This document shows, piece after piece, positions 28,390 through 39,800 of a stretch of DNA of 64,000 bases. The translations under genes and the position numbers were made by a program. Numbering within the stretch: the stretch's first letter is position 1; every line of letters starts with the position of its first letter. Source of the stretch: Candidatus Freyarchaeum deiterrae (GTDB lineage Archaea > Asgardarchaeota > Jordiarchaeia > Jordiarchaeales > Jordiarchaeaceae); contig CP147778.1 in the NCBI GenBank assembly GCA_037305845.1, forward strand, positions 2,432,001-2,496,000, in the 5' to 3' direction. The notes under the pieces are model-generated. The model saw only the letters and a list, made by a program, of their open reading frames with translations. It ran no database searches and was not told where the DNA came from.

Positions 28390-30783
28390 ATGATGATACC
28401 ATACGCACCCTGGCTTGTTTGGATAGTTCCCATGTTAGGAGCAGTCCTAACACCCGTTTTTGGCAAAATTAACCCAAAATTCAGAGATGTTTGCGCTATA
28501 CTATTCGCGGCAGCAGCAGCAATAATAGCTGTATCCATGATTCCAGACATATGGAACGGATACGTTGTTCTAGCGCAACCACAGTTTCTACTCGGATATA
28601 GTGCAATTCCCTCATTGCCATGGGATGGCACAGTAGCATTGACCCCACAGTGGAACATGGTCATAAAGTGGGTGTCTCTTACGCCCTACGACTGGACGCA
28701 AATGTGGATACCGAACATTCCCTTAAATCCACCAGCACAAATCGGAATTTTTCTGCCACAAGGACTATACGCGGGAGTACTTGTTGACCCCCTAAGCGTG
28801 TTCATGGCAAACATAACGGCATGCATAGGATTCCTAATAATGGTCTTCTCCTGGGGCTATATGCACGGAGATCATGACCTAACACGTTACTGGTTCTTCA
28901 TGAACTTCTTCATCGGCGGCATGATTTTACTTGTATTATCCGACAACCTAATCCAAATGTTCATAGGCTGGGAGATAGTCGGTCTCTGCAGCTGGGGCCT
29001 AATCGGCTTCTGGCACAAATCCAAAGAAAAGAGCCCAGTCCCAGACTATATCACAGAAGGAGAATACAACGCCTACAGCGGTATGAAAGCATTCATGACC
29101 ACAAAAATAGGAGACATAGCCCTACTAACAGCAATTGTCATAATATTCTTCGTATCAGGAACATTCAACTTCGTCCAGCTACAGCAAAACGCGGCCCTGT
29201 CCATACTTAACCCGCTTACTTCCTCAACAAATGTTGGATACGGTTGGATTACCGACCTAGCCACAAGAGGACTATTGCCTGTAGTCGCGATACTATTCTT
29301 CGGCGGTCCAGTAGCAAAGTCTGCACAGTTCCCACTAGATACATGGTTACCAGAAGCCATGGCTGGTCCTACAACAGTCTCAGCGCTCATACATGCTGCT
29401 ACCATGGTTAAGGCAGGTGTATACCTAGTAGCCCGAATGCTACCCATATTCTTCGGCGCAACAGAAGTACTAAAAACACTAGTAGAGGATCCATCTCTGT
29501 TCCAATTGTACGGTGCCAACCTTTCACCTGTAAATTGGTTATATTTGTACGTAAAAGTTCAAGGCGGAGTGTGGGTCTTCTTCGTAACAGTTGCCATTAT
29601 AGGTGCCTTCACGGCTCTTCTAACGGCAACCATGGGCGTAGTGACCAGAGAAATAAAAAGAGTTCTAGCCTACTCCACCATGAGCCAGATCGGATACATG
29701 ATGCTAGCTCTGGGAATCGCTGGAATCTCCAGCGTCTCAGCAATAGGATTCCTCGCGGGCACATTCCAACTAATGGCTCACGCCATCTTCAAAGCACTAT
29801 TATTCCTTGGCGCGGGAGCAGTGCTCCACGTGGTTATAACCAAGGACATGTTTGAGATGGGTGGACTCAGGAAAAAGATGCCTATCACATGGGCATGTAT
29901 GCTCGTGGGAGGCCTCGCACTAGCGGGATTCCCTGGGCTCACGGGATGGTTCGGAAAAGAGGCAATACTAGGTTCAGCCTTGGACGCAAACCAACTGATT
30001 TTCTACGCAATAGCCGCCATAGTGGTCGCAATTACCACGTTCTACACGTTCCGCATGATAGGACTAACGTTCCACGGGCCAGAAAGCAAAAACGTCAAGA
30101 ACCTTGAGAAAGAAGGACACCTCCACGAAGCTCCAAAAGTAATGTACATACCCTTATTAATTCTAGCGGGTGCAACAATCCTATTCGGATTGTTTGAACC
30201 AGGATTCAGACAGTACTTCCTAGGACCATTCTACACATACCTACCAAACCTACCACAATATGTCCAAACATATCTTCTCGGAGGGCTGGTTTTCAGCGAG
30301 GCCCCCTTAGGTACTCCCCAAAACCTTGTTCCATTCTACACGCTTTATCAATATATTCAGTTGACTACTTACCCCGGATGGCTTGCAGAACTAGCGAGCT
30401 CTTGGCCATCGATTCTGTTGTCCTTTGGACTCTTCGTAGTCGGCTTCATACCCGCATGGTACTATTACATATCCCGAAGGGGTGTTGCTGAGAACGTAAC
30501 CAGCAGTCGTGTCGGCGGAGCCATCTGGAAATTCCTTTACAACAGATGGTACATCAATAGGCTTTACCAAATAGTCTTCGTTGACGGATTCCTTTCGGGA
30601 GCAACCTGGCTCTACAATAATCTAGAAGTCAAAGTAATGGACGGATTCAACTACGCCAGCGCGAAGCTGACCATGGTTACCAGTGAAAAATTCCGAAAAA
30701 CACAGTCCGGAGTGGCTTTTATCAACATACTAATGATCGTAGCAGGAGTGACGTTACTACTTGTGATATTTCTACTATGGTAG
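28390..30783 (+). CDS. NuoL/MrpA-like antiporter subunit
   Basis: 'GWEIVGLCSWGLIGFW', 'AKSAQFPLDTWLPEAMAGPTTVSALIHAATMVKAG', 'HAIFKALLFL'. Confidence 0.93.
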   Translation: MMIPYAPWLVWIVPMLGAVLTPVFGKINPKFRDVCAILFAAAAAIIAVSMIPDIWNGYVVLAQPQFLLGYSAIPSLPWDGTVALTPQWNMVIKWVSLTPYDWTQMWIPNIPLNPPAQIGIFLPQGLYAGVLVDPLSVFMANITACIGFLIMVFSWGYMHGDHDLTRYWFFMNFFIGGMILLVLSDNLIQMFIGWEIVGLCSWGLIGFWHKSKEKSPVPDYITEGEYNAYSGMKAFMTTKIGDIALLTAIVIIFFVSGTFNFVQLQQNAALSILNPLTSSTNVGYGWITDLATRGLLPVVAILFFGGPVAKSAQFPLDTWLPEAMAGPTTVSALIHAATMVKAGVYLVARMLPIFFGATEVLKTLVEDPSLFQLYGANLSPVNWLYLYVKVQGGVWVFFVTVAIIGAFTALLTATMGVVTREIKRVLAYSTMSQIGYMMLALGIAGISSVSAIGFLAGTFQLMAHAIFKALLFLGAGAVLHVVITKDMFEMGGLRKKMPITWACMLVGGLALAGFPGLTGWFGKEAILGSALDANQLIFYAIAAIVVAITTFYTFRMIGLTFHGPESKNVKNLEKEGHLHEAPKVMYIPLLILAGATILFGLFEPGFRQYFLGPFYTYLPNLPQYVQTYLLGGLVFSEAPLGTPQNLVPFYTLYQYIQLTTYPGWLAELASSWPSILLSFGLFVVGFIPAWYYYISRRGVAENVTSSRVGGAIWKFLYNRWYINRLYQIVFVDGFLSGATWLYNNLEVKVMDGFNYASAKLTMVTSEKFRKTQSGVAFINILMIVAGVTLLLVIFLLW

Positions 30784-30795
30784 GAGGATGAAAAA

Positions 30796-32619
30796 ATGAT
30801 AAACAACCTATTTGCAAGCTATGAACTTTTTACATCCTTAGCAGTCTTACTGATAATGGGGCCAATAGTTTACCTAATCGGAAAGAAATCCAGTAGAGTT
30901 GCGAGATGGTTAGCATTCCTAACCGCAGCTATTACAGCGGTACTTATGATACACGTGGGAATTATCCTACTTGACCCATACGCTGTATCAGTAACACTAA
31001 CATTAAACCCAACCACATGGACATACAGTTTCATATATGCAACACAAATGTTCCCATACGCGTTACAATTAAACGTACAACTTTATCCGTTCACAACCTC
31101 CCTAAACACAATTCCATGGGTATGGAATTCCTTCGATAGAGCGGTTTCAAATCCCCTGTACATATTGTACAATGTAATTCCAAACGGCCCTTACATGTTG
31201 GCGCTCCCCATTTCACAGTTAAGTAATCCTCTAGGAAACCTCACGCTTAACGCGGGACTAATCGCAGACGGACTGAGTTATCCCATAGCTATGCTCATAG
31301 CGGGGCTTGGTGCCGCAGTTATGTTCTACTGCGCCTTCTACATGAAGGATGTGGAGAGTCCTGGAAGCTTCTTAGGAAACATGCTACTATTTATCGGCGG
31401 CATGCTTGGAGTACTACTGGCAACAAACGTGATAGAGTTCTTCCTCTTCTGGGAAGTGATGCTCATCCCATCATACATACTGATTAACCAGTTCGGATTA
31501 ACCGAAAGAAAAAACATCACTGCCCTCAAATACTTCCTGTGGACTACTTTTGGCTCTATGATCATGTTCGTAGGCATATTCATGATGGGTGTAATGCTAA
31601 ACTCATTCGACTTCAGACAAATGTCCCTAAATCTAACAAGTGCCCAGTTAGCCTACACTAACTACTTAAATCTCTACCTACCCTTCGGACAACTCTACAA
31701 CCAGTGGCTCACCTTATATCTCGTAGGATTAATCCTCGTCGTTCCAGCAGTTCTAATCTTCATTGGCTTCGCTGTAAAAATGGCGATATTTCCTCTGCAC
31801 ACATGGTTACCTGATACCTACATGGAAGCTCCAATGCCCGTTGTTCTTCTGCTGAGTGCAGCTATGACCAAAACCGCGGCCTATGGTATCGCAAGATTCC
31901 TAGTGGTTTTCATGGGGCCTTCTGTTCAAATGCTTTCAACAAGCCTAGCAATAGTTGCCCTAGTCACCGCTGCTTACGGCGGAGTTATGGCGCTAGCACA
32001 AAAGAACCTAAAGAAGATGCTAGCATACTCCTCAATGAGCCAAATGGGATACATCCTGTTCGGCTTCGCCGTGATAAATGTCATAGGCGTAAACGGTGCC
32101 CTACTGCACATACTAAACCACGGTATTTGCATGGGAATATGGTTCATGGTTGCGGGAATCATACAGAAAAACGCTGGCACCCTAGATTTCGACAAACTCG
32201 GAGGGCTGTCTGAAAAAATGCCTGCAACAGCCGCGTTAGCAGCCATCGCAGGCTTATCACTTGCGGGGGTACCGCCACTGCTGGGGTTCACCAGCGAGTG
32301 GATGATATTCGTAGGAGGTGCAACAGCACCGCAATACCTGCTAACCGCGCTCCTAATTGTAGCTACAGCCTTCACACTCGGCTACTACCTGTGGGCCATA
32401 AGAAGGATATTCTTCGGACCACTGAAAAAAGGACTTGAAAAAATACAAGCACAACGAAGCCTAGTAGTACCCATAGCCGTGTTAGCAATCTTCGTAGTAG
32501 TGCTAGGAATATTACCAGTAATCGCTACACAATACTTCGCACCGATAACCAGCAGTATTCTCACACCATGGTACGGATACCAACAATTCCTACACTTACT
32601 AGGAATAGGAGGTCCTTAA
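30796..32619 (+). CDS. NuoM-like antiporter subunit
   Basis: 'FFLFWEVMLIP', 'AVKMAIFPLHTWLPD', 'LAYSSMSQMG'. Confidence 0.9.
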   Translation: MINNLFASYELFTSLAVLLIMGPIVYLIGKKSSRVARWLAFLTAAITAVLMIHVGIILLDPYAVSVTLTLNPTTWTYSFIYATQMFPYALQLNVQLYPFTTSLNTIPWVWNSFDRAVSNPLYILYNVIPNGPYMLALPISQLSNPLGNLTLNAGLIADGLSYPIAMLIAGLGAAVMFYCAFYMKDVESPGSFLGNMLLFIGGMLGVLLATNVIEFFLFWEVMLIPSYILINQFGLTERKNITALKYFLWTTFGSMIMFVGIFMMGVMLNSFDFRQMSLNLTSAQLAYTNYLNLYLPFGQLYNQWLTLYLVGLILVVPAVLIFIGFAVKMAIFPLHTWLPDTYMEAPMPVVLLLSAAMTKTAAYGIARFLVVFMGPSVQMLSTSLAIVALVTAAYGGVMALAQKNLKKMLAYSSMSQMGYILFGFAVINVIGVNGALLHILNHGICMGIWFMVAGIIQKNAGTLDFDKLGGLSEKMPATAALAAIAGLSLAGVPPLLGFTSEWMIFVGGATAPQYLLTALLIVATAFTLGYYLWAIRRIFFGPLKKGLEKIQAQRSLVVPIAVLAIFVVVLGILPVIATQYFAPITSSILTPWYGYQQFLHLLGIGGP

Positions 32620-32620
32620 A

Positions 32621-34402
32621 ATGATAAGCGACATAAATCTACTTTATCCAATACTCATCCCAATTGCAACCGCAATATTAGTAATCGGAGCCGGCACCCT
32701 ATTCGAAAGAGTAGCAGGAGGCAGGCTACAAAGAATCAGAGAAATCATAGCAACCGCAGGGTTCTCAATAACCGCTTACATAATCTACTTAATGTATCTG
32801 AACCTGAACACCCTCCAACTCTTATCGTACATTGCACCCATAGTGTTCGGTATGCCCATCATACCCACATACTACTTTGAATACATGCCGGGCGGATACA
32901 CCACAACCATACTCATTAATCTGCTCACCGGCGGTCAGGGGCCTCTCGCAAAAGTCTCAGCCCTATCAATGTTCACTGCACCACCCACCGGTTCAGTCTT
33001 CGCGGTGGACTTCCTGAGCATAGTAATGGCGGCAACCTTCACAGGCCTCGGGCTCCTCGTGTGCGTCTACTCCATAAGCTACATGGAACATGACACTGGC
33101 AAAACAAAATTCTTCGCACTGCTACTAATCTTGGTGGCAGCGCTAAACGGCATTGTCTTCTCGGGTGACTTGTTCACGCTATTCGTGTTCTTCGAAATAA
33201 TGAGCATAAGCGCCTATTCCCTGGTAGGATTCAGAAAAGAGAAATGGGAACCGGTGGAAGCCGGATTCAAATACCTGATAATGGTAGCAGTAGGAAGCTC
33301 ACTCGTCCTATACGCAATGTCATTCATATACGGCTACACAGGAACACTCAACTTCGCCTACGCTGGAAGTGTAATAAACACACTACTCAGTCTAGACCCA
33401 CTTCAGCTATCCACACTCAGACCCCTATTCTATCTAGTAATCGCATTCCTACTAGCAGGATTCGGGGTTGAGGCAGCTATTGTACCACTACACTGGTGGC
33501 TGCCTGACGCGCACCCAGCCGCTCCGAGCGGTATGAGTGCTATGCTATCGGGTGTGGTTATCGCGTCTGGTGTCTACTCCATAATACGCACCTTAACGGT
33601 TCTATTCCCAGTTCAGTCCACTCCATTCCCATACTTATGGTACACCTTTACCACGACTGCCTACAGTTATCCATACGGTTTCCCAGCGACTCCTTATCCG
33701 TTTGACTGGAGCTACGCATTGGTTGTTTTGGCAATAATCACGATGGTTGTTGCTAACATTATGGCTTTGCTTCAGAAGGACATTAAGCGTTTGCTTGCGT
33801 ACAGCAGTATTTTGAACATCGGTTACATCCTTATGGGATTCTCAACGGGTACGTTCCTTGGGTATACTGCGGCTTGGTTCCAGGTCATTAACCACGCTAT
33901 GATGAAGGGACTCCTCTTCTTGTGCGCTGGAGCGTATCTCCACGCGACGGGTTCGCGTATGATAGATGATCTCTCCGGCATAGGTAGGAAGATGAAAACT
34001 GTGAGCATAAGCCTTGGTATTGGCAGTTTTGCACTTATTGGCTTGCCGCCCTTCAACGGGTTCTGGTCGAAGCTTCTCCTGATTCTTGCCCCAATCCAAC
34101 TTGCACCCTTCACTATGAATGGGTGGGTTTGGATTACTCTATCACTAGTTGCGGTGCTTTCCAGCGGTTTCTCGGCTATATATTACCTGAGGTTGATACA
34201 GATTGTCTGGTTCGGCAAGGAGTCTGCGAAGGTTAAGGCGCTTGAAAAGAAAAGAGCCTCTGTATGGATACTCGTTCCTATCGTATTATTAGCAGCAGCC
34301 TGCGTAATATTCGGAATATTCCCAAACATAATTTACAATCTAGCAAACAGTGCTGCCGGATCTCTGTACTACATTCCTTGGTACTTTGGCGGAATTATCT
34401 AA
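32621..34402 (+). CDS. NuoN/MrpD-like antiporter subunit
   Basis: 'DLFTLFVFFEIMS', 'EAGFKY', 'PLHWWLPDAHPAAP', 'DIKRLLAYSS'. Confidence 0.9.
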   Translation: MISDINLLYPILIPIATAILVIGAGTLFERVAGGRLQRIREIIATAGFSITAYIIYLMYLNLNTLQLLSYIAPIVFGMPIIPTYYFEYMPGGYTTTILINLLTGGQGPLAKVSALSMFTAPPTGSVFAVDFLSIVMAATFTGLGLLVCVYSISYMEHDTGKTKFFALLLILVAALNGIVFSGDLFTLFVFFEIMSISAYSLVGFRKEKWEPVEAGFKYLIMVAVGSSLVLYAMSFIYGYTGTLNFAYAGSVINTLLSLDPLQLSTLRPLFYLVIAFLLAGFGVEAAIVPLHWWLPDAHPAAPSGMSAMLSGVVIASGVYSIIRTLTVLFPVQSTPFPYLWYTFTTTAYSYPYGFPATPYPFDWSYALVVLAIITMVVANIMALLQKDIKRLLAYSSILNIGYILMGFSTGTFLGYTAAWFQVINHAMMKGLLFLCAGAYLHATGSRMIDDLSGIGRKMKTVSISLGIGSFALIGLPPFNGFWSKLLLILAPIQLAPFTMNGWVWITLSLVAVLSSGFSAIYYLRLIQIVWFGKESAKVKALEKKRASVWILVPIVLLAAACVIFGIFPNIIYNLANSAAGSLYYIPWYFGGII

Positions 34403-34560
34403 AACCTAATCCCTCTTTTTTATTTTTTCAATTTTATGTTATTCTGATATTCTAATTTTCGTGATTGTCCTTTGATTTTTTTATGTAATACATTTTTTTC
34501 GTTTTTTTGGAAAAGCTTTAATTGCGGTTTTGAGTACACCATTTTCTTGGAGGGCTTCCT

Positions 34561-35025
34561 ATGAGCCTCGAAAAAAGGAAAAAAAATGATAGTAGAAGGT
34601 TTACTGCTGGAAACGTCGGCAAATGGATGGTTGTTGGTTCAGAGCTTCCTATTATGGTTATTGCCGGTGTTTATATCGGTTATTATTTAGGTCAACAGTT
34701 CGGTTCTTGGGTTGCTACATTTGCCCCCATAATTGGGGCTTTATTGGGTATGCTTGTGGGAACATACAATATAATTAGAATTGTTAGGCTTTGGGAATCT
34801 CGGCAAATTTCCAAAAGAATAGATAAAAAAGAACCTCCCGCACCTTCATCTCCATCAGAGGAATCGAAGGATTTTCCGGCTGAGGCTCAAAAGAAGCGTA
34901 AAGGTTCCAAACTCTCTCAGGATGAGAAGTTGGATAGCGTAATCAAACTTATGAAGCTCCAAGCGAATTTTGAAGATGATGAGGGCTCTTCTTCTACTAA
35001 GAATGATAAAAAAAGAAACGAATAA
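34561..35025 (+). CDS. AtpZ/AtpI (UncI)-like 2-TM protein
   Basis: 'GSELPIMVIAGVYIGYYLG' 2-TM pattern; directly upstream of the ATPase C and c genes. Confidence 0.65.
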   Translation: MSLEKRKKNDSRRFTAGNVGKWMVVGSELPIMVIAGVYIGYYLGQQFGSWVATFAPIIGALLGMLVGTYNIIRIVRLWESRQISKRIDKKEPPAPSSPSEESKDFPAEAQKKRKGSKLSQDEKLDSVIKLMKLQANFEDDEGSSSTKNDKKRNE

Positions 35026-35088
35026 TTTTTTATATAAGTAATTATCAACGTAGGAGAAGCCTCAAAAAAATGTTAGCGGGGTAAACCA

Positions 35089-36153
35089 ATGGGCGTGTCC
35101 ACTGCAAGACAATATGCACAAATCAACGCAAAGGTAAGGGCACTTAAATCGCATCTGATATCAGTTGGAGATTATGAAAAACTAGTTCAGTCCTCTAACG
35201 TTGACGATGCGGTACGCCTTCTCAGCGCAACTAGTTACGCCGAAAGAATGGCTCAAGTGGAATTAAGACCACCCTACGATTTGGTACAAGTAGACAGAGT
35301 TCTAAGCGAAGAATTCCTAAAGTCCTTCGAATTGATAACAAACAGCTCATCTGGAAAAGCGAAAGAATTCTTAAAACTCTATAAAGAAAAATTCTACTAC
35401 GACAACCTGAAAGTCATAGTCAGTGCTGTAACCAGTAAGACCTCGAAACAGACCGCATTACAATACATCGTATCGCTTTCTCCCAAAGAAGCGGAGGAGT
35501 ACGGCGTTCTCTTAGATTCACAGAATATCAATCAGCTCATTGATCAGGTAAGAAATCGTAAGGCTAAGGAAGCCTTAACAGCGGCACTACCACAGTTTGA
35601 ATCTCTCAAAACTCCCCTAGTCCTAGAAACCGCACTTGATAAGGAGATATACAACGAACTCTGGGAAAAAATAAAAAAGCTCTCTCGAAGTGATAAAAAA
35701 TACGCTAAGACGTTAATCGGAACAAAAATAGACATTATAAATATCATGACCGTTCTTAGAAGCAAAGCCTTGAAACTTAGACCAGAAGTGATAGAGCAGC
35801 TCATTTTGCCCGTATTCTACAAGTCTGAACATGCCATTAGAGAATGCATTGCTGCAGCCGATATAGACGGTGTACTAAACTCTCTCTCGGTTTCGGAATT
35901 CCAGCACCTTGCCTACAGAGCAAAGGAAGCTTATGAAAAAGAAAAGTCTCTTTTTTCAATTGAACACGCTTTAAACGAGTATTTTACTCAAATTGTTTAC
36001 TCCCAATTACTTGGTTTTCCCTTTCACATAGGGGTTCCAATATCTTATCTGGAGCTTAAAAGCCAAGAAATCCGAAACATTAAAATAATAATTGTCGGGA
36101 AAGTAGAGGCGGTAGAACCAAGCAGGATACGTGACCTACTAACAATCTTCTAA
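35089..36153 (+). CDS. atpC: A/V-type ATP synthase subunit C (d)
   Basis: 'YAQINAKVRALKSHL', 'DIINIMTVLRSK', 'YLELKSQEIRNIKII..GK'. Confidence 0.9.
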   Translation: MGVSTARQYAQINAKVRALKSHLISVGDYEKLVQSSNVDDAVRLLSATSYAERMAQVELRPPYDLVQVDRVLSEEFLKSFELITNSSSGKAKEFLKLYKEKFYYDNLKVIVSAVTSKTSKQTALQYIVSLSPKEAEEYGVLLDSQNINQLIDQVRNRKAKEALTAALPQFESLKTPLVLETALDKEIYNELWEKIKKLSRSDKKYAKTLIGTKIDIINIMTVLRSKALKLRPEVIEQLILPVFYKSEHAIRECIAAADIDGVLNSLSVSEFQHLAYRAKEAYEKEKSLFSIEHALNEYFTQIVYSQLLGFPFHIGVPISYLELKSQEIRNIKIIIVGKVEAVEPSRIRDLLTIF

Positions 36154-36169
36154 AAATTGAGGTGGAAAA

Positions 36170-36514
36170 ATGAACAAAACGTCTATAATACTACTAGTAG
36201 CAGTGGCGGTAACTCTAGCATTCGCATTGGTCAATACCTTTGTAGTTGCTCAGGGAACCTTCAATTTTAACTTTACAGGATTACCCGTGTATGATGCCTT
36301 CGGAAAGATATCTACAGGTTTGGGTGCGGGTCTCGCTGTAGGTCTAGCGGGTCTTGGAGCTGGTCTCGGTATGGGTACGGCATCAGCAGCCGCAATAGGA
36401 GCTATAAGTGAGAAACCCGAAGTATTCGGCAGATCTATCATCTACATTGTGTTAATCGAAGCTATCGCGATATATGGATTCGTTATCAGTTTCTTGTTAA
36501 TCGGCAAACTATAA
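36170..36514 (+). CDS. atpK: A/V-type ATP synthase proteolipid subunit K (c), single hairpin with N-terminal hydrophobic extension
   Basis: 'GLAGLGAGLGMG', 'EKPEVFG', 'LIEAIAIYG' (ion-carrying Glu). Confidence 0.92.
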   Translation: MNKTSIILLVAVAVTLAFALVNTFVVAQGTFNFNFTGLPVYDAFGKISTGLGAGLAVGLAGLGAGLGMGTASAAAIGAISEKPEVFGRSIIYIVLIEAIAIYGFVISFLLIGKL

Positions 36515-36837
36515 AAAAAACAAAAAATCTACCACCTTTTTTTTAATTCTCCATTTTCTTGCATTCAAACATACCCCCGTTTGATCGCAGTTATTTGGTG
36601 GTAATTTTAACACGTATTTTCCTTTCATCCCTTAAAATTATTAATGCTTAAAGGGTCACATACCCAAAAATATAGGTTCACTTTGACAAATCGGAAAAGC
36701 AGGAAGTGGAGCAGTGATACAAGTCTATCTAAAAATATAGGATTATAACAAAGTTATATGCTGCAAAGAAAAATTTATATATCTGAAAAAAGCATAACTT
36801 GTTTCGCCTTATCGGAGATTGGGTGCGGGTTATATTC

Positions 36838-39800
36838 ATGAGCGTTAAGAATTGCCTTAAAAGGTATAAAAAATCGGCGCTCGGATTAATTGTAATCTCA
36901 ATTTTCCTCTTATCCTTATATATACCCGTGTTCTACTTTTCCCAAATCTCTAACAATCCCCTCATAAATATTCCTCCCAATTATCTTTTAAACAACAATG
37001 TGAATTCCAAAGATTCTACGAATGGGCAGTCCGTAAGCAATACGGTGGATGTTTACGGCTACGATTCAAACAATAATCTCCTATACGTATACGCCAACCC
37101 CTGGACATACAGCTATCTGGGTCAGGGAGACCAGATTAGAATAACCTTAACCCACACAATACAAAATCGCAACGTCAAATATATTGTAATCGTTCACCCT
37201 TACAGCATGGGTTGGAAATTCGAGAGCAACTCAAGCGGGACTGTTGTTCCAATCAATTGGACAACGGGCAACGGCGGGCAATGCACATGCATTAAAGACT
37301 TTACAGACCCTGTCACCGTAACCTGGATAGCAAACACAACATACACATACTCAGGAATAACCTTCACCAGTGGAAACGAACCCATAACCTACACTGGTAA
37401 CCCGATAATCACCCGAAACGGATCAACACTCAGATTCCAATTCAGGGACGGCGTATGGACTGATACTCGTTTTATACTCCCCGGCGATCCCGAAATGAAC
37501 TGCTTTTCAGCGGTTTCGATAAACAGTGGTTCAAATCCCGATTATGCGAACACCCCATGGTCCTCAACAGAATACAGTAATGGTCGAAACGATGATAATG
37601 CAGGAAACCATTACGAGCAAACAGCAGCTGATTGGTCCTCGAGTTTAGTCTGGAACAGGTACGTTGCTAATCTATCTTGGTTCAGCGGCCAAGACGGGGA
37701 AACCGCAAGATTACTTAATGACATAATCTATTCTTTCAAAGGATATACGCAACTACAAGGTACTAACTTGTGGGGAACTCTATTCTATAAAGACAATAGT
37801 GGCACATGGCATGCCATGGCAAGCTTACCCAATCCAAATCAAGCTACTCTTTTGATACCCTCTTCAACAATTACTAGTAATGTCAACGGGCTGCTCCAGA
37901 ACGATCAAACTCTAGTTTTCGGTGCAGGAGCTTCGGCTCAGTCTTTCACGTGGCCAAATTATGCTTGTTTTTGGGGGTATTGGTATATTACAGGTTATAC
38001 TATCGTTGACTCTGATACCACCTTATATGTAAACCAAGTTAAAGCCCAGGTGGACTACAACTGGCACTACACGTGGGCTAATCTAACCTATCACGGTACA
38101 TCCTTCAACACCAACGATTACCCCTGGCTCTTTATAAAGTATAAGTCAAGCTCCACGAACAATTGGAACTTTTGGCTGACAAACGGAGGAAATGACAAAG
38201 CCGCTAAACCATTATCTCTAGTGGGAACCAATGGACAATGGAATACGGTCAAGGTTAATATAAGTGATATTATTGGTGGAGGCATCTACGATGGATTCCA
38301 CCTTGAGAAGAACTATAACGACCAATTCAAGAACGACTGGATAGAATTCGACTACGTCCTAACCGGACGCGAAGTAGAAGTGAACAGCCTTAACCAGAAC
38401 GGCACCTCCAATCTCACAGTATCGGCAGCTGATGGAAACCAAAATTTGGGAACAACTAATAATCCGTTAAACGTATCCGGATCAATAAGACAAATGGACG
38501 GATACGACAATCCCTTCATCCCAGACTCAAGCCAACTAGGCTGCACACTCGAACTCTGGAAGGACGGAGTGCAAAAAGTTTGCTCCGACACAGTGTACAA
38601 CAGCAACAGCAACTTCGTCTACTCCATAGTAACCGGTGATTCACAGCCACTGTCCACGGGAAGCTACACGGTTAAAATCAAACCCCACTGGACGAATCCC
38701 CGTTACCCCGATGTGGAACTCAACTTTTCCTTATACCCCCTAACGGTTTCCGATACGGATTGGCGTACGGGAAATGGAACCGTTGAAGTAATTGAAAAGG
38801 TTGGTGCAAACTATTACACCTACAATGATGCCTGGCAATACCGATATGCCCCGGATGGAACAATCCAGACTCGCATCATGCACAACCTTGAAAACGAGGC
38901 GGCTGATTACTTACTAGTAGGCTATAAAGACGGATGGAATCTTAACGAAACTCTGTTAAAAGGCGGAACGCTGAGCCCCTATCCCGATGATTTTAGTAGT
39001 TTCAGGATCCAGGCTGGATCTGATGACTGGAATTATACTTCCACCACTTATAGCACGGTCAAATCCAGCGTATATCTAGGAACCGATTATTCTGGCACAG
39101 CCTATAGTGCTGGATTCAGATGGCCTCTATCAATCCCACACGGCTCCACGATCTTAAGCAGCACCTTAACCCTAACGGCTCTAAACAGAAGCAGCCTCTA
39201 CCCGTTCACCACAAACATCCGATTATACGATCAGGATAACTGTTCCTCACCGGACTCAAGTATTCAGACTTGGAATACCACGGGAGATGTTCTCTGGACC
39301 TTGAACAACTGGATTCCGGGCGAGGAGTACACCTCTCCAGACATTACTTCACTTGTTCAAAGCTTCATTGATAGGTCAGGTTACATTCCTGGAAAATACA
39401 CAGGATTAGTGCTTGACGCAGGGAACTCCACAACTGGGATTTACCGAAGCGCATATACGTATGATAATCGCCAAGATTGGTCAGCAAGACTAGACATCAA
39501 ATATGTAAACCCAACCTACACAAATTACTATTGGATACAAGAGCCCGCAACGCACACAATGATTACTTTCGACGTTAATCAAACACTCGCATATAACGGT
39601 ATCAACGTGGTCACCGGAAACGAACCCTTCACAATATTCGGAAATCCACAAGCTCTTGAACTAAGTGGGAACACCTTCACGTTCGCACCGATAAAACAAA
39701 ACTATAATGTTACCGATACACTTAGTAGTTACACAAAATCCGATATCGGTTATAATACATACACTCCACCATACGGGTTTGAATCTGTGTTTATGCCTAT

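Noticed and set aside
28560-33720. Extra loops in NuoL/M/N-like subunits as hidden in-frame introns
   Set aside because: They are long and stop-free, and no BHB hairpin was found by eye. Short stop-free 3n introns elsewhere cannot be excluded without a computational scan.
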